Source: Trueperaceae bacterium (GTDB lineage Bacteria > Deinococcota > Deinococci > Deinococcales > Trueperaceae). From it: 64,000 bases of DNA. The position numbers were made by a program, and so were the translations under genes. The stretch is taken from assembly GCA_034521815.1 (NCBI GenBank), contig JAXHLW010000013.1, positions 1,248,001 to 1,312,000 on the forward strand. Direction: 5' to 3'. Of the stretch, positions 43,518 to 51,003 are shown piece after piece. The notes under the pieces were generated by a model. That model was not told where the DNA came from, searched no databases, and saw only the letters and a list, made by a program, of their open reading frames with translations. The stretch's first letter is position 1. Each line of letters begins with the position of its first letter.

Positions 43518-44630
43518 GTGAGCGCGTCGCGCCGCTTCCAGGTCGACGCATGGGAATCCCCACGGCGAGGCGTGACGGTAGGCGCTGGGCGCGACGTCGC
43601 GACCGGGCTGCAGGTTCGGATTCTCAGCTTCGAGGGGCCGCCCAGGGGCGACCCGATCTCGCTGGACCATCCCAACGTTCCGGGTGTGATCGCCGCCGAG
43701 ACCGTGGGTACGGCGACGCACCTCGTTACGTTGATCCCGCACGACGATCGGTCGCTCGAAGGCGGTGCGCCGGCGTTGGGCCCCGCGGCCGTGATCGCCG
43801 CCTTCGACGCGCTCGCCGCCGTGCACGAAGCCGGGATCGTGCACGGCGACATCGGTCTCCACCAGCTCTCGCAGGGGCCGGGCGGGCATCTTCTGCTGCT
43901 GGGCGCCGGCGCGCCCTGGCGCAGTCCGGATCACGAGCCCACCGCCGGAGACGACGTACGCGCCTTGGCGGTCGCGATGCTCGAGGCCGGGCGCGATCTC
44001 CCCTCGGCGGTCGAGCGTGTGCTCCAGCGAACCGCGTCGGCGCCCGCCGCGAACGCGGACGCCCGACGCCTCGCGAACGACCTGGAGCGCGCCCTCCGCG
44101 GTCGCGACGCGACCGAGGACGGCAGCGCCGTCGTGAAGGACCTGCCGCCCGGTGGCGTGTACAAGAGCGGCGAGACGGGTCCGCCGCGGAAGCCCGGCAG
44201 CTACGACGTCGGAGGCCGCCAGACGACCCGCCGGACCCCGAGGCGCGCTCCGACGCTCGTGCTCGCGATCCTCGTCGTCGTCGGACTGGTCGCCGCGGCA
44301 TCGTGGCTTTTGCGTGATCGCGACGCGCCCGCACCGACCGCCGAGCCGCCCACTGCGTACGTCGTCGAGGTGACCGTGGCGCCGGCCGATGCGCCGCCCT
44401 TCTCGATCGTGGTCGTGGACGCGCCCAGCGGCACGTCGTTGACACCCGGAACCCGCCTGGGGCAGGCGCCCAGGCGCGTGCTGCTCGACGTCCCGGGCAG
44501 GTGGGTGCTGCAAGGCGTGTTCGGCGACCTTCGCAGCCGTCCGGTGATCGTTCGCGTGCCCGACGCGAGCTCGGCGACCCTGACCGTGCCCCCCGGCGTC
44601 GCCGATCCGTCCGCGACCCCGCCCCGATAG
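43518..44630 (+). CDS. membrane-anchored degenerate Ser/Thr kinase-like protein (pseudokinase) with an extracytoplasmic beta domain
   Basis: LDHPNV, ALAAVHEAGIVHGDI, WRSPD and DDVRALAV; TM LVLAILVVVGLVAAASWLL; C-terminal PEGA-like strands. Confidence 0.65.
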   Translation: MSASRRFQVDAWESPRRGVTVGAGRDVATGLQVRILSFEGPPRGDPISLDHPNVPGVIAAETVGTATHLVTLIPHDDRSLEGGAPALGPAAVIAAFDALAAVHEAGIVHGDIGLHQLSQGPGGHLLLLGAGAPWRSPDHEPTAGDDVRALAVAMLEAGRDLPSAVERVLQRTASAPAANADARRLANDLERALRGRDATEDGSAVVKDLPPGGVYKSGETGPPRKPGSYDVGGRQTTRRTPRRAPTLVLAILVVVGLVAAASWLLRDRDAPAPTAEPPTAYVVEVTVAPADAPPFSIVVVDAPSGTSLTPGTRLGQAPRRVLLDVPGRWVLQGVFGDLRSRPVIVRVPDASSATLTVPPGVADPSATPPR

Positions 44631-44642
44631 CGAGGAGCCCGC

Positions 44643-46178
44643 ATGTCCGAGAGCATCGTCGTCATCGATTTCGGATCGCAGTACACGCGCCTGATCACGC
44701 GGCGTCTGCGGGAGCTGGACGTGTTCTCGGTCCTGGTCGGGCCCGAGGAGGGCCTGGACGCGGTCCGGGCCCACCACCCCGCGGGCGTCGTGCTGTCCGG
44801 CGGACCGCAGAGCGTCACCGACGCCGGCGCGCCCGGACTTCCCGCCGGCCTGCTGGACGCGGGCCTGCCGATCCTCGCGATCTGCTACGGCATGCAGCTC
44901 GTGGCCCGCGATCTGGGCGGCGAGGTGCGGCCCGGAACCGTCCGGGAGTACGGCAAGGCCGAGCTCACCGAGTACGGCGGGGAGCTGTTCGCCGGCGTCG
45001 AAGGCGCCTTCACCGCCTGGATGAGCCACGGCGACAGCGTCGTCCGGCCTCCCGACGGGTTTCGCGTCACGGCGGCGACGGCCGACACGCCGGTCGCCGC
45101 GATGGAAGATCCCGCGCGCGGCGTCTACGCGCTCCAGTTCCATCCCGAGGTTCGCCACACCCCCAAGGGTCTTTCGCTGCTGGAGCGATTCGTCGAGCGA
45201 ACGGGCGTCGCGCGGGACTGGACGCCGCGCAACATCGTCGAGCAGGCGGTCGACGACGTGCGCGCCACGGTGGGCAGCGAGCGCGTGCTGTTGGGCATCT
45301 CGGGCGGCGTGGACTCGAGCACGCTGGGGCTGCTGCTGCACGAGGCGATTCCGGACCAGCTCGAAGCGGTGTTCGTCGACACGGGGCTGCTGCGCCTGGG
45401 CGAGGTCGAGGAGGTGGGACGCGCGCTCCGCGGGCTGGGCGTCCGGCTGACCGTCGTCGACGCGCGGGAGCGGTTCCTGGAGGCGCTCAGGGGCACGGTC
45501 GATCCCGAGGACAAGCGCAAGGCGATCGGCCGCACCTTCATCGAGGTGTTCCAGGCCGAGGCCCGCCTCTTGGAAGCCGAGCACGGACCGATCCGGTTCC
45601 TGGCCCAGGGGACCCTCTACCCCGACGTGATCGAGTCCGCCGGTGGCCAGGGCGCCGCGAACATCAAGAGCCATCACAACGTCGGGGGCTTGCCGCACGA
45701 GCTGGGCTTCGATCTGATCGAGCCGTTCCGGACGCTGTTCAAGGACGAGGTGCGCGAGGTCGCCGCGACGCTGGGGCTGCCCAAGGAGCTTCGCGACCGG
45801 CATCCGTTCCCCGGCCCCGGGCTGGCGATCCGGATCTTGGGCGAGGTCACGCCCGAACGGCTCGAGGTGGTGCGCCGCGTGGACGACATCTTCGTGGGCT
45901 CGCTCCGCGAGTTCGGGCTGTACGACGAGATCTGGCAGGCGCTCGCGGTGCTCACCCCCCTCCGCTCGGTCGGGGTGATGGGGGACGGCCGGACCTACGC
46001 CTACACCGTGGCGTTGCGCGCCGTGACCAGCGTGGACGGCATGACCGCGGACTGGGCGCGGATTCCGCCCGACGTGCTGGGCGTGATCAGCAACCGCATC
46101 GTGGGACAGGTGCCCGAGGTCAACCGCGTGGTGTACGACGTGACCAGCAAGCCTCCCGGCACGATCGAGTGGGAGTGA
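44643..46178 (+). CDS. guaA: GMP synthase (glutamine-hydrolyzing)
   Basis: [35 protein letters not shown] and KPPGTIEWE. Confidence 0.97.
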   Translation: MSESIVVIDFGSQYTRLITRRLRELDVFSVLVGPEEGLDAVRAHHPAGVVLSGGPQSVTDAGAPGLPAGLLDAGLPILAICYGMQLVARDLGGEVRPGTVREYGKAELTEYGGELFAGVEGAFTAWMSHGDSVVRPPDGFRVTAATADTPVAAMEDPARGVYALQFHPEVRHTPKGLSLLERFVERTGVARDWTPRNIVEQAVDDVRATVGSERVLLGISGGVDSSTLGLLLHEAIPDQLEAVFVDTGLLRLGEVEEVGRALRGLGVRLTVVDARERFLEALRGTVDPEDKRKAIGRTFIEVFQAEARLLEAEHGPIRFLAQGTLYPDVIESAGGQGAANIKSHHNVGGLPHELGFDLIEPFRTLFKDEVREVAATLGLPKELRDRHPFPGPGLAIRILGEVTPERLEVVRRVDDIFVGSLREFGLYDEIWQALAVLTPLRSVGVMGDGRTYAYTVALRAVTSVDGMTADWARIPPDVLGVISNRIVGQVPEVNRVVYDVTSKPPGTIEWE

Positions 46179-46235
46179 CGCCTTCCGGCGCACGCCGGCC
46201 GGGGGAGCCGTGCCGGACGCGGTAGTCTGGCGCGC

Positions 46236-46715
46236 ATGCCCCGTACCTGGCTGATGAAGAGCGAACCGGACGTCTACGGCTACGACGACCTCGAACGCGA
46301 CGGACGAACGCCGTGGGACGGAATCCGGAACTACCAGGCCCGCAACTTCATGCGTGACGAGATGAAGGTAGGCGACCGCGTGCTGTTCTATCACTCGAAC
46401 ACCCAGCCGCCGGGCGTCGTCGGCGTGGCCGAGGTCGCGAGCGAGCCGTACCCGGATCCGACCCAGTTCGACGAAGCCAGCGCTTACCACGATCCCAAGT
46501 CGACGCACGACCAGCCCCGCTGGATGCTCGTGGACGTCGCACCCGTGCGCCGACTTCGCCGGCAGGTGACGCTGGCGGAGATGAAGGCCGATCCGGCCCT
46601 TTCGAACCTCCCGCTCGTGCGCCGCGGCAACCGGCTGAGCGTCATGCCGATCGGGGAGGCCGAGGCCGATCGCATCCTCGCGATGGCCGAGACGCCTGCC
46701 CAGACGTCCGCCTGA
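46236..46715 (+). CDS. EVE domain protein
   Basis: WLMKSEP, WDGIRNYQARNFMR, GDRVLFYHS and RLSVMP. Confidence 0.92.
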   Translation: MPRTWLMKSEPDVYGYDDLERDGRTPWDGIRNYQARNFMRDEMKVGDRVLFYHSNTQPPGVVGVAEVASEPYPDPTQFDEASAYHDPKSTHDQPRWMLVDVAPVRRLRRQVTLAEMKADPALSNLPLVRRGNRLSVMPIGEAEADRILAMAETPAQTSA

Positions 46716-46785
46716 TCCGCCCTCGGGAAGGGGCCGAGCGCGCCCACGGCGCGGAAACGTGGCGAGCGGAATGGTACGATCCGGT

Positions 46786-47745
46786 ATGACGAGCACGCGC
46801 CGAGCGCGGATCCTGGACCTGATCGCGGAGACGTACATCGACACGGCGCACCCCGTGCCCTCCTCCGCCATCGCGGAGCGGCTGGGCATCTCCGGAGCCA
46901 CGGTGCGCAACGAGTTCGCTGCGCTGGAGGACGAGGGGCTGCTGTGTCAGCCGCATACCTCGGCGGGGCGCCTTCCGACGCCGCTCGGGTTCCGGCGCTA
47001 CGCGGACGGCTACCTGCCGCCACGGCCTCTGTCGACGCGCGAGCGCAGGCGTCTGCGCCAGCGCGTCGGCGGCCTCCACGGAAGCGATCTGCTGCGCACG
47101 CTGGCGTCGCTGGCGTCCGACCTGTCCGGGTACGCGGTCGTGTTGGAGCTCCCGGCCGACCCCACCGTCCGGACGCTCGAAGTGCACCTCACGCCGCTCT
47201 CGAGTCGGCGCCTGCTCGCGGTCGCCGTGCTCGAGAACGGGCTGACGCGCGACGTCGCGGTCGATCTCGACCCCACGCCCGGCGACGAGGTCCTGGACGA
47301 CGCCGAACGGGTTCTTCGCCACATCGGCCTACCGTTGGCCGAGATGCCCGAGGCGCTCCGCGAGCGGGCCCGCGAGGTCGGCGACGAGCTGCGGCGCACC
47401 CTCTCCGCCGTCGCCGATGCCTGGCCCACGCTTCATCCGGCCGAAGTCGTCTCGCACGGTCTGAGCCTGTTGTTCGACGAGCCCGAGTCGAAGGATCCGT
47501 CGTTCCTGCGCCGCGCCGCGCGAAGCCTGGAGCGAGGCACGTTTCCCTGGCAGGACGGCGACGGGGCTCCGCTGGCCCTGGACTTCGACGAGGACGTCGC
47601 CCTGATCGGCGCCGAGCTGGCCTGGAGGCACGGCCCGGGGCGGCTGACGCTCGTCGGACCCGCGCGAATGCGGTACGGCCAAGCGTTCGCGGTGGCGCAC
47701 GGCGTGAGTCGGTCGCTGCCGGCATCGGCGGGTGGGGCGGCGTGA
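46786..47745 (+). CDS. hrcA: heat-inducible transcription repressor HrcA
   Basis: YIDTAHPVPS, SGATVRNE, QPHTSAGRLPT..G.R.Y and GPARMRY. Confidence 0.88.
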   Translation: MTSTRRARILDLIAETYIDTAHPVPSSAIAERLGISGATVRNEFAALEDEGLLCQPHTSAGRLPTPLGFRRYADGYLPPRPLSTRERRRLRQRVGGLHGSDLLRTLASLASDLSGYAVVLELPADPTVRTLEVHLTPLSSRRLLAVAVLENGLTRDVAVDLDPTPGDEVLDDAERVLRHIGLPLAEMPEALRERAREVGDELRRTLSAVADAWPTLHPAEVVSHGLSLLFDEPESKDPSFLRRAARSLERGTFPWQDGDGAPLALDFDEDVALIGAELAWRHGPGRLTLVGPARMRYGQAFAVAHGVSRSLPASAGGAA

Positions 47746-48002
47746 GCGCCGACACGGTGGCCACCACCGTCGAGGTGCGCTTCTTCGCGCAGCTGCGGGC
47801 GGCGGCCGGCACCGGCGACACGACCGTCACGATCGTGCCGGGAACCGACGTGCGCACCCTGGCCGAGCAGCTCGAAGCCGCCCATGAAGGCCTGTCGCTC
47901 CGGGGCACGATGTGCGCCGTCGACGAGCGCTACGCGGACCCTGCCACGCGCCTGCACGGAGGCGAGACGGTCGCGTTCCTGCCGCCGGTATCCGGCGGTT
48001 GA
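47742..48002 (+). CDS. MoaD/ThiS family sulfur-carrier (ubiquitin-like) protein
   Basis: VEVRFFAQLR...VAFLPPVSGG with a C-terminal GG. GTGA overlap with hrcA. Confidence 0.88.
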   Translation: MSADTVATTVEVRFFAQLRAAAGTGDTTVTIVPGTDVRTLAEQLEAAHEGLSLRGTMCAVDERYADPATRLHGGETVAFLPPVSGG

Positions 48003-48126
48003 CGACGCGTCCCGCCGGGGACGTGTTTTTCACACGAGATGCGGTCCTGCTCGGCCTATCATGCAACGGTCCGAGGATCCGCTCGACGCAGCCGCGCCGT
48101 CCGCGTTCTCGCCTTCAGGAGCCTAC

Positions 48127-49023
48127 GTGGCCAACGCGATCTACACCACGACCCGGGACGAACTCGCCGGCCTCGTCTCGAGGCAGGTGGCCCGCGGCAT
48201 GCTGTCACGTGCCATCGCCTCGGTCGGCAGCGATCCGAGCACGATCGACGTCGGCACCATGAGCCGCCTGCTTCGTGGGCGCGTCCGCCGAGAGCTCGAG
48301 CGCACGCTTCCGCGTGCCGGCGTGCGTCGCCGGCTCGCCGACCTCGATGCGCGCCTGGCGCGCGAGCACGGCCACGGCGAGTCGGACGCAGGGCGCGACC
48401 CTCAGCGTCCCCCGGCAGCGTCGGCCACGTCCCCCGCGGACGCCCCTGCCACCGCTCCCGACGTCCACGCGTCCGACGAGCGACCCACCGGCGTGCCCAA
48501 CGCTGGACGGGCGTCGCGACGCTCGACACCGAGCCTGGTCATCAGGCCGCCGACCATCTGGAGCCACGAGCCGGCCGACACCGGAACCTCCCACGAGCGG
48601 CGTCGCGCCTTCCCCGTCGCCGGAGACGACATGACGCCACCCGTCGCGGCGCCACCCGTCGCGGCGCCACCCGTCGCGCCACCACCTGTCGCGGCGCCAC
48701 CGGCGGCACGCACGAGGCCGGATCGTCTGATCGAACGCGTGACGGACGACGACGCCGTTCGTCAGTGGATTTGGAGTCCTTCGCACGGACCGCCCGAGGG
48801 ACGAGGCGCCGGACCGGAGCCCGATGCGGTCGCGAGCGTGACGAGCTCGCTCATGACGGTGCTCGGTCGGCGTGGAGCGGTGCGCTCGGTCCACGTCCAT
48901 CACGGCCAGGGCCACGTCATGATGGGCGTGGACCGTGGCTCGACGCTCGTGATCGCCGGTGACGAAGATCTGAACCTCGGAGCGGTCTACGCGACGTTCC
49001 GTGCGCTGGAGGAGGAACCATGA
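48127..49023 (+). CDS. hypothetical protein: N-terminal helical domain, Pro-rich linker, C-terminal Roadblock-like domain
   Basis: GTG at 48127 after AGGAG; C-terminus VRSVHVHHGQGHVMMG...LVIAGDEDLNLGAVYATFRAL. Confidence 0.65.
   Translation: MANAIYTTTRDELAGLVSRQVARGMLSRAIASVGSDPSTIDVGTMSRLLRGRVRRELERTLPRAGVRRRLADLDARLAREHGHGESDAGRDPQRPPAASATSPADAPATAPDVHASDERPTGVPNAGRASRRSTPSLVIRPPTIWSHEPADTGTSHERRRAFPVAGDDMTPPVAAPPVAAPPVAPPPVAAPPAARTRPDRLIERVTDDDAVRQWIWSPSHGPPEGRGAGPEPDAVASVTSSLMTVLGRRGAVRSVHVHHGQGHVMMGVDRGSTLVIAGDEDLNLGAVYATFRALEEEP
48635..48700. repeat. 15-bp tandem repeat x4 encoding PPVAA
   Basis: cgccacccgtcgcgg units. Confidence 0.85.
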
Positions 49024-50981
49024 CCATCGCCCGCAAGTTCACCGTCGGCCTCGTGGCCGTGCTGATCGCGTCCCTCGCGTGGGCACAGGAGGCGGTGCCG
49101 GAGGACGACGTCCTGCAGCGCTACGAGCTGGCTACCGAAAGCCTGGCCGCGGCGGCCGATGCGCTCCCCGGCGATCCGGTCGACGCGCGAGCGGCGCTGG
49201 ACCGCGCGTTCAGCGCGCTGCTCACGCTGTCGCGAGGCGACACCAGCACGCTCAGCGACTCGCTCGACCGCGTGTTCGAGCGGGCGCGTACCGCGATCGA
49301 CAACCGTAGCGCCACGGACCTGGCCGTCCAGACCGCCGTGCTCCGAGGAGGCTTCCAGCGCCTGCTGTTCGAGTCGGCGCTCACGGCCGCGGTCGAGGGT
49401 CGACCCGACCTTGCACGCAGTCGTCTGCTTCGACTGGCGCAAGATCTTCAGCTCGGGGACGCCAGGCTGGCGCAGCTCGAGGACCTCACCGACGCCGGTC
49501 CGTTCCGCCGCGTGTTCGAGGCGGGCGTCGCCGAACAGGTGTCCGCCCGGCTCCAAGCGCTCGCGGACGCGGGCGTCCCCGAGGATCGGGACGCCGCCTA
49601 CCGGACGCTGTCGCGTGCGTACGCCGACTACCTGCTCGTTCAGGACTCGGGCCGGATCGACCCGGGCACGAACCGTCGCTTCGTGGAAGCGGCCGAAGCC
49701 CTCGTGGACGGTCAGGACGAGGCCTACCTGGCCGCCCTGACCACGCTGGCGACGAGCCTCGGCGACCTTCGCGAGGCCGCTGACGCGGGCGCACCGCCGC
49801 GAGCGGACGCCGAGATGCCCAGCGAAGGCGTGTCCGAGCTTCCCAGCGACGACGTGAACCAAGCCGTTCAGGAAGGCGCGGACGAGGCGGCGACGCCCAG
49901 CGACGACGCGACCGCTCCGGAAACGCCCGTCGAGGAGGCGGCCGAGACCGCTCCCGCCGAGGACGCCGCTGCAGAGGACGCCGCTGCAGAGGACGCTCCT
50001 GCGAGCGAGGCCCCTGCGGACGCGGCATCGACGGACGAGACGACGACCGCCGACGCCGAAACGACCACCGTGGACGGCGTCGACCTCGCCGCCCTGCGTT
50101 CCGAGATCGCCGCCCAGCTCGACGAGGAGCGCGAGGCCCAGGCGCTCGCGTCGCTCGAGGACGAGCTGGCGATCCTCGGAATCCCCTCCCCTGCGCGCAC
50201 CATGCTCGCGAGCGACCTGTACGCCGCGGACGTCGCCACGGTTCAGGCGCTCGAGACCGAGCTGGCAGCCGACGCCGCGCTGGTCCAGGCGTGGATTCTG
50301 CGTGGCGACACGCAATCGGCTCGCGATCAGCTCGCCCAGCTCGAGGCGCGCTACGAGGCCGGCCTGCGAAAGGTCGCCGTTCGCGTCGCGCCGCTCGCGG
50401 ACGCGGAGCTTCGAGAGCTGATCGATCGCATGAACCGGGCCCCCGCGATCCGGAACGCCGACACGTCGCTGCTCACCAGCGAGGTGCTGTCGCTGTCGCA
50501 AAGCCTCCGCGGGCGAACCGCGCCGTGGACGCACCGACTCGCCGCGAGCGCGTCCGAGCTCTGGGCCGGACTGTCCCGGCCGATCGTCATGATCGTCCTG
50601 GCGCTCCTCGCGCTGCTGCCCCTTCGGCTGCTCGGCTTGGCGTTCGGCGGTGGAAACCCGAACTGGCGCCGCGTCTCGACCGCGCTGCTGCTGTTGGTGG
50701 TGCCCATCCTGGTCGAAGGCGTGATCGCCGTCGCCGCGCTTCTCGCGGATCCGCTGGGCGTGCCCGCGTTGGCGGGATGGACGGTCGCCTCGATCTTCTC
50801 GAGCGACCTCACGCAGCTCCTGTGGGCGCTGGTCATGCTGCTGGCGCTGGTGCTCGCGAGCTCGGGCTTCTACGGCATCTGCGTTCAGTTCGGCGTCCTC
50901 GGGCGTCGCGGCCGGAACGAGCCCACGACCGACGTGAAGACCCGCGACGACACGTTGGTCGATTGGAACGACGACTTCTGA
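49020..50981 (+). CDS. membrane protein with a signal peptide, large helical extracytoplasmic region and about 3 C-terminal TM helices
   Basis: MTIARKFTVGLVAVLIASLAWA-Q; acidic Ala/Glu linker; hydrophobic C-terminal segments. ATGA overlap with the upstream gene. Confidence 0.75.
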   Translation: MTIARKFTVGLVAVLIASLAWAQEAVPEDDVLQRYELATESLAAAADALPGDPVDARAALDRAFSALLTLSRGDTSTLSDSLDRVFERARTAIDNRSATDLAVQTAVLRGGFQRLLFESALTAAVEGRPDLARSRLLRLAQDLQLGDARLAQLEDLTDAGPFRRVFEAGVAEQVSARLQALADAGVPEDRDAAYRTLSRAYADYLLVQDSGRIDPGTNRRFVEAAEALVDGQDEAYLAALTTLATSLGDLREAADAGAPPRADAEMPSEGVSELPSDDVNQAVQEGADEAATPSDDATAPETPVEEAAETAPAEDAAAEDAAAEDAPASEAPADAASTDETTTADAETTTVDGVDLAALRSEIAAQLDEEREAQALASLEDELAILGIPSPARTMLASDLYAADVATVQALETELAADAALVQAWILRGDTQSARDQLAQLEARYEAGLRKVAVRVAPLADAELRELIDRMNRAPAIRNADTSLLTSEVLSLSQSLRGRTAPWTHRLAASASELWAGLSRPIVMIVLALLALLPLRLLGLAFGGGNPNWRRVSTALLLLVVPILVEGVIAVAALLADPLGVPALAGWTVASIFSSDLTQLLWALVMLLALVLASSGFYGICVQFGVLGRRGRNEPTTDVKTRDDTLVDWNDDF

Positions 50982-51003
50982 TCGCCCGGAGCCGACGGAC
51001 CGA

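Noticed and set aside
46236-46715. EVE protein as part of a modification-dependent restriction system
   Set aside because: It is a stand-alone EVE with no fused or adjacent nuclease.
42900-46910. 1336-aa minus-strand ORF and similar long shadow ORFs (for example 21756-24944, 30559-33537, 9682-12498)
   Set aside because: These are antisense or off-frame shadows of well-supported genes, expected at this GC content. They are Arg/Pro/Ala-rich and show no motifs.
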